Sequence record: DRR378314_485
Direction: 5' to 3' (one strand)
Length of the DNA stretch: 64,000 nucleotides
Shown here: positions 21,444-30,887 of the stretch, piece by piece
How the letters are laid out: each line of letters opens with the position of its first letter
Numbering within the stretch: the stretch's first letter is position 1
Translations under genes and position numbers: made by a program
Notes under the pieces: generated by a model
What the model saw: only the letters and a program-made list of their open reading frames with translations
Database searches by the model: none
Told to the model about the DNA's origin: nothing

Positions 21444-23090
21444 ATGAAGCCATCCCATATTCTTCTGCCCGTTACATTAAGCCTGCTGGTAGCGGCTTGT
21501 GGCGCATCAGAACCCGAGTCAAAAACGACTGAAATCCGTGCTGAGGAATCCAATATTCGTGCTCATTTAGAGTTTCTTGCAGACGATGACCTTAAAGGTC
21601 GTGAAACCGGTAGCAACGAGCACGAAATTGCCTCGAACTACATCGTTTCTGAATTCAAGCAGTTAGGCCTTGAGCCTGCAGGTGATGACGGCACTTATTA
21701 TCAGCGCATTCCTTTTCGTAAAAGTACACTGAAAGAAAACAGCGCCCGAATGACCTTTGAAAACAATGGTGAAGTGGTCGAGTTTGAATTCCCTAAGCAA
21801 TTCATTACCGGTCCAAGTCATTATGAAGAAAAGGACGAAATTACTGCGCCATTAGTTTTTGTCGGCTATGGTATGGAAGCTCCTGAATTTGGTCTTGATG
21901 ACTACAACGGCCTTGACGTAGAAGGCAAAATTGTTGTCATGTTAACCGGCCGTCCGGAATTTTTACCTAGCGAGGAAGGTGCTCACCTGGCCAACATTAA
22001 AAGTGATATTGCCCGCGAAAAAGGTGCTGTTGGCATTATTACACTACACACACCAGTGCGCGAAAAAACTCGCAAATACGAAACCAGTGTTTATTACACC
22101 AAGACACCTCGCATGACCTGGTTAGGTCCTAATGGCTTACCTAAAGGTGAAGAGCAACAGTTAAAAGGTTCTGCCTATATTGATGATGAACCTGCAGAGA
22201 AACTGTTTGCGAATGCTCCGACTGAATTGAGCACTATCTTCGAGAAAATTGAGGAAGACCCGGACTTCTCTCCTAAAGGGTTTGAACTGGAAGGCGAAGT
22301 CACCCTGGCTCGTGAATCGCGTCACGAGGAAATTTCCAGCCCTAACGTCGCAGCCGTATTGCCTGGTTCTGACAAAACGCTGAAAGACGAATACGTTGTT
22401 TATACTGCGCATTCCGATCATATCGGCGTAGTAAAAGACATGAGTCGCGAAGACAATATCAATAATGGCGCGATGGATAATGCCAGTGGCGTTTCCATTA
22501 TGCTGGAAACCGCGCGCTTGTTTGTAGAGTCAGAGCAAGAATTTGACCGTTCAATTATGTTCTTGTCGGTAACTGCAGAAGAAAAAGGTCTGTTAGGTGC
22601 GGACTACTTTGCCAATAACCCAACGGTTCCTTTAGAAAATATCGTAGCAAACGTAAACCTGGATATGCCGGTACTACTGTATGATTTTGCCGATGTCATT
22701 GCCTTTGGTGCTTCTCATTCAACTTTGGGTGACACTGTTAGCAAGGCAGCTCAGCAATTCGATACAAAGCAAAGCCCTGACCCTATGCCTGAGCAGGCTA
22801 TTTTTACGCGCTCAGACCATTACACTCTGGTCAAAAAAGGCATTCCGGCGGTATTTTTAATGACTGGCTTTACCTCACGTACCGAAGGTGAAGACGGCGG
22901 CGAAGTCTGGGGCGAGTTTTTTGCTGAGCACTATCACAAGCCCAGCGATGGACTCAATTTAGATATTAACTACGAAGCAGGAGCCCGCTTTACCAATATT
23001 AACTTTGCCATTGGCAAAGAAATTGCGAACGCCGATAAGCGTCCACAATGGCTGGAAGACTCGTTCTTCGGTAAGCAATTTAACGACTAA
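21444..23090 (+). CDS. M28 family Zn aminopeptidase with PA domain, lipoprotein
   Basis: Lipobox VAAC, GRETGS, LVFVGYG PA domain, AHSDH, NGAMDNASG, AEEKGLLG, NLDM, RSDH, YHKPSD. Confidence 0.92.
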   Translation: MKPSHILLPVTLSLLVAACGASEPESKTTEIRAEESNIRAHLEFLADDDLKGRETGSNEHEIASNYIVSEFKQLGLEPAGDDGTYYQRIPFRKSTLKENSARMTFENNGEVVEFEFPKQFITGPSHYEEKDEITAPLVFVGYGMEAPEFGLDDYNGLDVEGKIVVMLTGRPEFLPSEEGAHLANIKSDIAREKGAVGIITLHTPVREKTRKYETSVYYTKTPRMTWLGPNGLPKGEEQQLKGSAYIDDEPAEKLFANAPTELSTIFEKIEEDPDFSPKGFELEGEVTLARESRHEEISSPNVAAVLPGSDKTLKDEYVVYTAHSDHIGVVKDMSREDNINNGAMDNASGVSIMLETARLFVESEQEFDRSIMFLSVTAEEKGLLGADYFANNPTVPLENIVANVNLDMPVLLYDFADVIAFGASHSTLGDTVSKAAQQFDTKQSPDPMPEQAIFTRSDHYTLVKKGIPAVFLMTGFTSRTEGEDGGEVWGEFFAEHYHKPSDGLNLDINYEAGARFTNINFAIGKEIANADKRPQWLEDSFFGKQFND

Positions 23091-23119
23091 GCGTACTGTT
23101 AAAGCACAGAACGAATTCC

Positions 23120-23145
23120 AGGGAGCCTTAACCGGCTCCCTTTTT
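23120..23145 (+). terminator. Intrinsic terminator after the M28 peptidase
   Basis: AGGGAGCC-TTAACC-GGCTCCCT-TTTT. Confidence 0.85.
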
Positions 23146-23153
23146 GTTAGCAA

Positions 23154-23187
23154 CCGTCATTAAACTGTCATTTACGCTCTCTACACT
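23154..23187 (+). promoter_or_regulatory. Pho box (PhoB site) plus -10 element
   Basis: CCGTCAT-TAAA-CTGTCAT (23154-23171) is 16/18 to CTGTCATAAAACTGTCAT and lies exactly 10 nt upstream of TACACT (23182-23187). Confidence 0.82.
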
Positions 23188-23216
23188 TTTACCATCAGTA
23201 GCTGCCGGAGCACTTG

Positions 23217-24920
23217 ATGTTATCTGTAGACAAAGTCGTTAATGACAAGCTTCCACTCATTAAAGGTAAACCCTGGTTAGAAAAGCCAACAACCTGGGTT
23301 TTACGCAACCTTTTACACGAAGAAGACATTCAGAAGTTTGGCAAAAGCTCGCCCTCTTTAGAAGGCATAGACTTTGTTGAACACACTCTGGACTACTTCA
23401 ATTTCACTTACTCCTACTCTTCGCAAGAACTGGATAATATCCCTGTAAGCGGACGTCTGGTTATTATTGCGAATCATCCGATAGGCTCTCTTGATGGGCT
23501 GGCGTTATTAAAGTTAGTGAGTGAAATGCGCAGCGATGTAAAAATAGTTGCCAATGAATGGCTGTCTGCACTCGAACCTCTTAATTCTTTATTGCTGCCG
23601 GTTAATGTCTTCGGCGGCAAACCCAGCCGCAAAGATATTCGCAACATACATAACCACCTTCACGACGAAGGGTGCGTCATACTGTTTCCTGCAGGTGAAG
23701 TGTCGCGGTTACGCCCTAACGGGGTACGTGACACACACTGGCAAAGTGGCTTCCTGAAAATAGCCAAGGCGACTCAAAGTGACATTTTGCCCATACGTCT
23801 CGACGCTCATAACTCGGCCTGGTTTTACACCGCTTCTATGGTCTACAAGCCTTTAGCTACCATGCTCCTGGTGAAGGAAATGTTTCGCCAGCAACGTAAG
23901 CAGGTTAAATGTCATATAGGGCAAAGAATTCCGGTTGAAGCCTTTCTTCATCAGGGGTTGAGTGTAAATCAGCAGGTTAAACTGTTTAAAAAGCACCTGT
24001 ACCGTTTAGGCACTCAAAAAAAGCCGATTTTCCCGACTCAAACAGCAATAGCCCGTCCCGAGTCGCGCCAGCCTTTGAAAGCGGCCATTGAGGCCTGTGA
24101 ATTACTGGGTGAAACCCCATGTGGCAAAAAGATTTATCTGTATGAATTCAGTGGTAGCTCCCCTATTCTTCGGGAAATAGGCCGTTTAAGAGAAGTGGCT
24201 TTTCGCACCGTGGGCGAAGGTACCTGGCGTAAACGCGACCTTGATGAGTACGATACCTGGTATATGCACCTGATACTCTGGGATCCAGATGATCTTGAAA
24301 TTGCTGGTGCTTACCGTCTGGGCGACTGCAAAAAAATAATAGAAACGCACGGCCAAAACGGACTCTACAGTGACGGATTCTATGAGTTCTCAGACGCTAT
24401 GAAGGAGATTTTTCCGCAAAGTCTGGAGCTGGGTCGCTCATTTGTTCAGCCCCGGTACTGGGGTAAACGCAGTCTGGACTACCTCTGGGTTGGTATTGGA
24501 GCGCTGTTGCGTAAGCACCCAAATTATCGTTACTTATTTGGTTCTGTCAGTATTAGCAACGCCTTACCAAAGGATGCACAGGCCGCTTTAGTTAAATTTT
24601 ACAGCAGCCATTTCCCACCGCAAACACCCATGGCAAGGGCGAACATTCCTTATCGTTTAAACACCGACTCAACGGTGCCTGACTTTACCGGTAACAACTA
24701 CGCCGATGAATTTGTTCTGCTAAAAAGCTACATGGCAAATATCGGCTCTGCCATTCCCACACTTTACAAACAATACTCGGAGCTATGCGAACCCGGCGGA
24801 GTGCAGTTTTTAGAGTTTGGCGTTGACCCGGATTTTAATCATTCGATAGACGGACTGGTGTTAGTGGATACCACCAAACTCAGTGCGAAAAAGCGCAAGC
24901 GTTATTTAGAAACGAGATAA
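23217..24920 (+). CDS. Bifunctional acyltransferase (PlsC-like plus GNAT), OlsF-like ornithine/amino-lipid synthase
   Basis: N-domain ANHPIGSLDG and FPAGEV; C-domain EIGRLRE..FR..GEG, RDLDEYD, LELGRSFV, IPTLYKQY, FGVDPDF. Confidence 0.8.
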   Translation: MLSVDKVVNDKLPLIKGKPWLEKPTTWVLRNLLHEEDIQKFGKSSPSLEGIDFVEHTLDYFNFTYSYSSQELDNIPVSGRLVIIANHPIGSLDGLALLKLVSEMRSDVKIVANEWLSALEPLNSLLLPVNVFGGKPSRKDIRNIHNHLHDEGCVILFPAGEVSRLRPNGVRDTHWQSGFLKIAKATQSDILPIRLDAHNSAWFYTASMVYKPLATMLLVKEMFRQQRKQVKCHIGQRIPVEAFLHQGLSVNQQVKLFKKHLYRLGTQKKPIFPTQTAIARPESRQPLKAAIEACELLGETPCGKKIYLYEFSGSSPILREIGRLREVAFRTVGEGTWRKRDLDEYDTWYMHLILWDPDDLEIAGAYRLGDCKKIIETHGQNGLYSDGFYEFSDAMKEIFPQSLELGRSFVQPRYWGKRSLDYLWVGIGALLRKHPNYRYLFGSVSISNALPKDAQAALVKFYSSHFPPQTPMARANIPYRLNTDSTVPDFTGNNYADEFVLLKSYMANIGSAIPTLYKQYSELCEPGGVQFLEFGVDPDFNHSIDGLVLVDTTKLSAKKRKRYLETR

Positions 24921-25603
24921 GCACTGGCCTGCTGATACCAGTCGCCCAATACAATACGTTTAGCAGGTTTGCCGTCACCGAGAGTAAAGCAATGCACGGC
25001 CGGACGGTGTGTGTGACCATGAATTAGCTTTCTAACGCCGTGCTTTTCCATAACATGCAGCACTTCACTGTGCTGAGCATCCATTTTATAAAGCTGTTCC
25101 GGGGTTAATTCAGGTCTTTGGCTACTGGATTTTTGCCGTAGCCGATTAGCAATACGCATACGCCAGGACAAGGGTAAGCTGCGCATAATACCTTTGACCA
25201 TAGCATTCTGGATAATAGCCCGATAACGCAGATAGCCTTTATCCAGCGTACATAAGGTATCACCATGCATCAGCAGTATCCGCTCGCCATACAAGTCAAT
25301 GACCGTTTCATCCGGGAGAAGAGTTAAGTCAACGTCGCTGGCAAAACGCTCACCCACCATGAAATCACGGTTCCCGGCCATAAAGTAAAGGCGTACACCG
25401 CTATCCGTCATGTGCTTCAGCTGACTTTTTACTTGCGCCGCAAATTCGCTGGTGTCGTCGTCGCCCAGCCAGGCATCGAACAAATCACCTAGAATATAAA
25501 GCGCATCAAGATTTTGGTGTTGCTGACAAAAGTCATCAAAAGCAGCCAGAATATCTGGCCGCCCCGGACTTAAATGTAAGTCAGCGATAAAACCGGTGGT
25601 CAT
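24902..25603 (-). CDS. lpxH: UDP-2,3-diacylglucosamine hydrolase
   Basis: FIADLHL, GDLFDAWLGDD, GNRDF, HGD, HGHTHRP, LGDW; follows ppiB. Confidence 0.95.
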   Translation of the reverse strand: MTTGFIADLHLSPGRPDILAAFDDFCQQHQNLDALYILGDLFDAWLGDDDTSEFAAQVKSQLKHMTDSGVRLYFMAGNRDFMVGERFASDVDLTLLPDETVIDLYGERILLMHGDTLCTLDKGYLRYRAIIQNAMVKGIMRSLPLSWRMRIANRLRQKSSSQRPELTPEQLYKMDAQHSEVLHVMEKHGVRKLIHGHTHRPAVHCFTLGDGKPAKRIVLGDWYQQASAYLVSK

Positions 25604-25607
25604 GGAA

Positions 25608-26105
25608 TCAGTCTTTAACCGACACACTTTCAATAACCACGTCTTCAACCGGCACGTCCTGATGGAAGCCCGCTGAACCGGTTTTCACGTCTTTAATGGT
25701 GTTTACCACATCCATACCTTCAACAACTTCTGCGAATACACAATAGCCATAGCCATTCGGTGTTTCATTCTGAAAGTTTAAAAAAGCATTGTCGTTCACG
25801 TTAATGAAAAACTGAGACGATGCGGAATGAGGATCGGGCGTGCGCGCCATAGCCACCGAGCCAACCACATTGGGTTTTGCTGTCGGCGCTTCGTTTTCAA
25901 TATTCGCGCGTGTTTCTTTTTGCTTCATGCCAGGCTCAAAACCACCGCCCTGCACCATGAAGTTACTAATAATACGGTGAAAAATTGTGCCGTCATAAAA
26001 ACCGTCACGGGCATACTGTAAAAAGTTATCTACAGTCTTAGGCGCGGTTTCATTGTGCATTTCTAAAGTGATATCACCATGATTGGTATGTAAAACGACT
26101 TGCAT
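25608..26105 (-). CDS. ppiB: Cyclophilin-type peptidyl-prolyl isomerase
   Basis: [30 protein letters not shown]; lpxH-ppiB/cysS synteny. Confidence 0.96.
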   Translation of the reverse strand: MQVVLHTNHGDITLEMHNETAPKTVDNFLQYARDGFYDGTIFHRIISNFMVQGGGFEPGMKQKETRANIENEAPTAKPNVVGSVAMARTPDPHSASSQFFINVNDNAFLNFQNETPNGYGYCVFAEVVEGMDVVNTIKDVKTGSAGFHQDVPVEDVVIESVSVKD

Positions 26106-26222
26106 TGAATGTACCTGTTTCATTGACTAAACCAGCCAATAGTGTACCAGAGCCGTACCATAGGTGGTATCATAAGCCCCCAGTTTTCATCGCTAACCGT
26201 TTAAAAGTAAGAGACACTATTT

Positions 26223-27602
26223 ATGGCATTAACCGTATTTAATACCCTCACCCGCAAAAAACAGCCATTTGAGCCTATTCAACCCGGCCATGTGGGTATT
26301 TATGTGTGCGGTGTTACCACTTACGACTACTGCCATATTGGCCATGCCAGAACTTATGTCGCTTTTGATATTGTTGTGCGCTATCTGCGCAAGCTGGGGT
26401 ACAGCGTTAAATACGTCCGCAACATTACTGATCTAGACGATAAAATCATTAAACGTGCAGCAGAAAACGGAGAAGATTTTCATCAGGTGACTGAGCGTTT
26501 TATTCGGGAAATGCACAAAGATTTTGACGCGTTGAACTTAGTCCGTCCCGATATTGAACCACGTGTAACCAGTCATATGGATGAAATCATCCATATGATT
26601 GAACGCCTTATTGAAAACGGTAACGCCTATGAAGCCGGCAACGGCGACGTTCTGTTTGATGTTTCCACATTTAACGATTATGGCAAGCTCAGTCGTCAGG
26701 ACTTAGAGCAATTACAAGCCGGTTCGCGGGTTGATGTTGATACAGCCAAGCAAGATCCGCTCGACTTTGTACTCTGGAAAAGCGCTAAACCCGGAGAGCC
26801 CAGCTGGTCTTCTCCCTGGGGTGAAGGTCGCCCGGGCTGGCATATTGAATGTTCAGCAATGAATAAGAAGCACTTAGGCAGCACTTTCGATATTCATGGT
26901 GGCGGCTCTGACTTGTCTTTTCCTCATCATGAAAATGAAATAGCTCAAAGCTGCTGCGCAAATCAATCTGAGTACGTAAAGTACTGGATGCACAGCGGTA
27001 TGGTGCAAGTAGACAATGAGAAAATGTCGAAGTCACTGGGTAACTTTTTTACGATTCGCAGCGTACTGGAACAATACGACGCGGAAACGGTGCGGTACTT
27101 CCTGTTGTCGAGCCACTATCGCTCGCAGTTGAACTATACTCAGGAAAATCTGGATCAGGCGCATTCCGCTTTGGAGCGCTTATACACCGCATTGCGTGAC
27201 ATAGCACCGCAAGCCGCCAGCGAAGAATTGCGTAGTAAATACTGGCAGAGCTTTCAGCAGGCAATGGACGACGATTTAAACGCGCCGGAAGCCATGAGTG
27301 TGTTATTTGAAATTGCCCGGGAAATTAACCGCAACCGCGAGAGTGCTCCGGACACAGCCGCGCAGTTAGCGCACGTTTTACTTGAGCTGGCTGAGGTAAT
27401 GGGGCTGCTGCAACAGTCTCCGGAAGAGTTTTTACAAGGTGACGACGACGATGTCGCCAAAATTGAAGCGTTGATTGCCAAGCGTAACCAGGCCCGGGAA
27501 GATAAAGACTGGGCTGCAGCAGACGAAGCCCGTGATGAACTAACCAACATGGGTATTGTTTTAGAGGATGGTGCTGAAGGCACCCGCTGGCGTCGCGCTT
27601 AA
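26223..27602 (+). CDS. cysS: Cysteine-tRNA ligase
   Basis: [25 protein letters not shown]. Confidence 0.98.
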   Translation: MALTVFNTLTRKKQPFEPIQPGHVGIYVCGVTTYDYCHIGHARTYVAFDIVVRYLRKLGYSVKYVRNITDLDDKIIKRAAENGEDFHQVTERFIREMHKDFDALNLVRPDIEPRVTSHMDEIIHMIERLIENGNAYEAGNGDVLFDVSTFNDYGKLSRQDLEQLQAGSRVDVDTAKQDPLDFVLWKSAKPGEPSWSSPWGEGRPGWHIECSAMNKKHLGSTFDIHGGGSDLSFPHHENEIAQSCCANQSEYVKYWMHSGMVQVDNEKMSKSLGNFFTIRSVLEQYDAETVRYFLLSSHYRSQLNYTQENLDQAHSALERLYTALRDIAPQAASEELRSKYWQSFQQAMDDDLNAPEAMSVLFEIAREINRNRESAPDTAAQLAHVLLELAEVMGLLQQSPEEFLQGDDDDVAKIEALIAKRNQAREDKDWAAADEARDELTNMGIVLEDGAEGTRWRRA

Positions 27603-27630
27603 CCGACAAACTGATTAAGAGGTTTTACCT

Positions 27631-29175
27631 ATGGCATTTGCACAGTTGCAAATCGTCAGCTCACTGGCTGACGCATACTCAAAAGATGGTGCCGACGCAC
27701 TTATCTTAATTGGAAATTTTGATTCTATTGACGACTCAGCTTTGGCTGAAACTATCCAGCAGGCACAAATTACCGATCAAAGAGTGGGAAAACAGCCGTT
27801 GCTGTTAAAAGCAGACGGTGTTCCGGGCCAGCGTTTGGTCGCGGCGCCTACCGGGCCGTTAAACCGTGACTTTGACGATGTCCGTCAAGTTTTCGATGCG
27901 GCACATGCAGCAGCAAAAGTTGCACAGGATGCCGGAGCCCGCCACCCGGTTATTGCACTGAATAATGTCAATATCAATGACGAACGTTACCAACAAGCCT
28001 TTTTAGCCGCTTACCTTGGCTTTTGTCAGGCGCTTTACCAGCCATTGGAAGCTCGTGAAGCTCATGGTGAAGAAGCCATTGAACCGACTCAGAACGTCAT
28101 TTTAGTTGGCGAGCTTGACGTTGAATGGGCTATGGCAGTTGAAGCCGGTAAACGCGTTGCTCGCGATCTTGCAGGTACCGAACCTGAGCGTATGGCACCA
28201 CCTAAATTCGCTGAGTATTGCCGCCAGGCTTTTGCGCACACTTCGGTTAAGGTCACGGTTATCGATGACTACCAACAACTCCAACATGAGTACCCTTTGC
28301 TGGCAGCCGTTGGTCGCTCATCAATGGCTGTGGAGCGTCACCGCCCTTGTGTTATTCGCCTTGAGTATCACGGCAATAACCCGGAACGTACGGTCATGTT
28401 TGCCGGTAAAGGTATTGTTTATGACACCGGTGGTGCTGACTTAAAAACCGGTGGTCATATGGCTGGTATGAGCCGCGATAAAGGTGGTGCCGCAGGCGTT
28501 GCCGGCTTCTTAAAAACGGTTTCGGAATTACAGCCAGAACACCTTAATGTGGTTGCTGAGATAGGCGCGGTACGTAACAGCATTGGTTCGGATGCTTTTG
28601 TTGCTGATGAAATTATTACCGGCCACAGCGGCAAGCGTGTCCGCATTGGTAATACCGATGCCGAAGGCCGTCTGATAATGGCCGACTTGTTGTCGCATTT
28701 GCGCGAAGAAGCGGCGAAAAGTGATGGCGAACACGAATTGTATACGGTAGCAACTCTGACAGGCCACGCAGCCCTTTCAAAAGGTCCATACAGCGCTCTG
28801 GTACCCAATGGCCATGCACGTCGTCAAAATCTGGCTCAGGCTCTATTCAATGCAGGCGAAACCTATGGTGACCCAACAGAAATATCCTGGTCACGTCGTG
28901 AAGACTTTGACTTTGTTAAAGGCCGTACCTTGTGCGATGACCTGTTGTCATCTAACAACGGTCCTTCTGCTGCTACGCCACGTGGACACCAGTTCCCAAT
29001 GGCATTTCTGACCGGAGTATCCGGCCTGGACAATCATGGCATTGATAGTGAGCACCCAATAAGTTATATCCATATTGATATTGCCGGTAGCGGTGTGGAA
29101 GGCGGAGACTGGCAACACGGCAAACCAACAGCAGCTCCGGTTACTTGTCTGGCGGGTCATTACCTGAAGAAGTAA
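27631..29175 (+). CDS. M17 family leucyl aminopeptidase
   Basis: GKGIVYDTGG, RDKGGAA, NTDAEGRL, ATLTG, HIDIAG. Confidence 0.92.
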   Translation: MAFAQLQIVSSLADAYSKDGADALILIGNFDSIDDSALAETIQQAQITDQRVGKQPLLLKADGVPGQRLVAAPTGPLNRDFDDVRQVFDAAHAAAKVAQDAGARHPVIALNNVNINDERYQQAFLAAYLGFCQALYQPLEAREAHGEEAIEPTQNVILVGELDVEWAMAVEAGKRVARDLAGTEPERMAPPKFAEYCRQAFAHTSVKVTVIDDYQQLQHEYPLLAAVGRSSMAVERHRPCVIRLEYHGNNPERTVMFAGKGIVYDTGGADLKTGGHMAGMSRDKGGAAGVAGFLKTVSELQPEHLNVVAEIGAVRNSIGSDAFVADEIITGHSGKRVRIGNTDAEGRLIMADLLSHLREEAAKSDGEHELYTVATLTGHAALSKGPYSALVPNGHARRQNLAQALFNAGETYGDPTEISWSRREDFDFVKGRTLCDDLLSSNNGPSAATPRGHQFPMAFLTGVSGLDNHGIDSEHPISYIHIDIAGSGVEGGDWQHGKPTAAPVTCLAGHYLKK

Positions 29176-29205
29176 CTTTTACGAAAACACTTTATTGAAA
29201 ACAAT

Positions 29206-29248
29206 AAAAAATGCCCGATTCTGGTTAAACAGAACCGGGCATTTTTTT
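29206..29248. terminator. Bidirectional intrinsic terminator
   Basis: AAAAAATGCCCGATTCTG-GTTAAA-CAGAACCGGGCATTTTTTT between convergent genes. Confidence 0.85.
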
Positions 29249-29262
29249 ATTTAGCATTTACC

Positions 29263-29862
29263 TTAAGAAATAAAGTCTGGCCCAAAACCATTGGTCCATA
29301 AAATGGCGGTTGTTGCCATGAGTACAACCATAGCAATAAGACCTGCGGTCACTACCGAGCTCGCGTACAGAAAGCCACGTTCTTCTGGAATGTGCATAAT
29401 AACCGGTAGGCCTGAGTAAAGCAGGTAAACCGAATAAGCCACACCAATAAGAAAAACGGAAGCAACAAACCACAGCTCAGGATAAATTGACGCTATCCCC
29501 GACATAATAACCGGAGTTGCCGCGTAAGCTGCTAATTCAAGCGATTTCGTATAGCTGGGATCAGCACCAAAGGTTTTTGCCATCCAGTAAATTAAGTAAG
29601 CCAACGCAAACGTGGCTCCCAAAATACCAATATACATTGCAACGCCAAGCATGATGCCACTGCTTTGGGTAAGATAAATAGACTCGCGGGCACCAACACT
29701 CCAGCCGATATGAGCTGAAGCATAGTAAGCTGCCAGACAAGGTAATATTGCTATCAGTAAAATATGAGAACACGAATAAAGAAAGCTCTCACGCTTGCTG
29801 TCTATCGATTTCCACTCTTGCGCTGGATGGGCGTATAAACCCCAAATATGATTCAGTATCAT
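29263..29862 (-). CDS. Yip1 family (YohC-like) inner membrane protein
   Basis: MILNHIWGLYAHP..EW, AAYAATP, YLLYSGLP.IM.IPEERG; five TM segments; start at ATG 29862. Confidence 0.85.
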   Translation of the reverse strand: MILNHIWGLYAHPAQEWKSIDSKRESFLYSCSHILLIAILPCLAAYYASAHIGWSVGARESIYLTQSSGIMLGVAMYIGILGATFALAYLIYWMAKTFGADPSYTKSLELAAYAATPVIMSGIASIYPELWFVASVFLIGVAYSVYLLYSGLPVIMHIPEERGFLYASSVVTAGLIAMVVLMATTAILWTNGFGPDFIS

Positions 29863-30060
29863 AATTTCACTTCCCCATAGTTCGCGGTCATACCGCCAAA
29901 TTCGTAAATACGTTATAATTTTTGATGCGGGTACTGCTGAAAAATTCACCCCATGTATCTAATATTCAGCACCACCGGTATTCTGTCAAGGCCTTTTGTT
30001 ATAGAACAAAGGGTTAGTTGTTAATTTCTTATTACACCTTTTACGCCAAGAAGGATCGCT

Positions 30061-30843
30061 GTGAACTATAGTCTCGTCGAAACCTATCTAAATCTACTCG
30101 ACCCAATACACTCGTTTTTACTTTGCCGAACGCCTCCTGAGTGGGTTAAGCAAGCGTCGCTGGCTGAGAATCTGCCCGTCATCTTACTGGATCATTTGCA
30201 CTGTGAGCTAAAAGCGGCTCAAAGTGCAGCCTTATTGCTGCGCCGTTATGCCGTTAATAAAGATCACGGACAAACCCTGCTTGACGCTCTGCAGCCATAC
30301 GAAGACCTGGTTTATCGCGGTATCGGAGATTTTCAACAACTTAAACAAAGCAAGCAGCTGTCTCACGCTTTACAAGCCGCAGAGTCACAACCATACGCCG
30401 ACGAAATTATTGATAAAATGTCCCGTTTAATTCGGGAAGAGCTACATCACTTCCAGCAGGTTCTTGAAATAATGCAGGCGCGTGATGTGCCCCTTTATAA
30501 GCTCAGCGCATCGCGTTATGCGGCCAGCCTGATCCGGCATGTACGTACATACGAGCCGCAGGCTTTAATTGATAAGTTAATTATAGGCGCTCTTATTGAA
30601 GCGCGCTCTTGTGAGCGCTTTGCCGCACTGGCTCCTTATCTGGATGAGGATATAGCTCGCTTTTACGTGTCCCTGTTACGTTCAGAAGCACGCCATTATC
30701 AGGATTACCTCGAGTTAGCGCAGAAGCTAAGCGATACGGACATTACCGAGCGGGTTAATCAGTTTAGAGAGTGGGAGGCAGAACTGATTATGTCTGAAGA
30801 TACTGAGCTACGTTTTCACTCAGGAGTACCGGTGCACGCTTGA
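30061..30843 (+). CDS. miaE: tRNA-(ms2io6A37) hydroxylase
   Basis: DHLHCELKAA, EELHHF, IEARSCERF, SEARHY di-iron motifs, RFHSG. Confidence 0.94.
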   Translation: MNYSLVETYLNLLDPIHSFLLCRTPPEWVKQASLAENLPVILLDHLHCELKAAQSAALLLRRYAVNKDHGQTLLDALQPYEDLVYRGIGDFQQLKQSKQLSHALQAAESQPYADEIIDKMSRLIREELHHFQQVLEIMQARDVPLYKLSASRYAASLIRHVRTYEPQALIDKLIIGALIEARSCERFAALAPYLDEDIARFYVSLLRSEARHYQDYLELAQKLSDTDITERVNQFREWEAELIMSEDTELRFHSGVPVHA

Positions 30844-30887
30844 GTGTGCACCGGCTCTCAAAGTAATAACCGGAAAAACGTCAGCCG

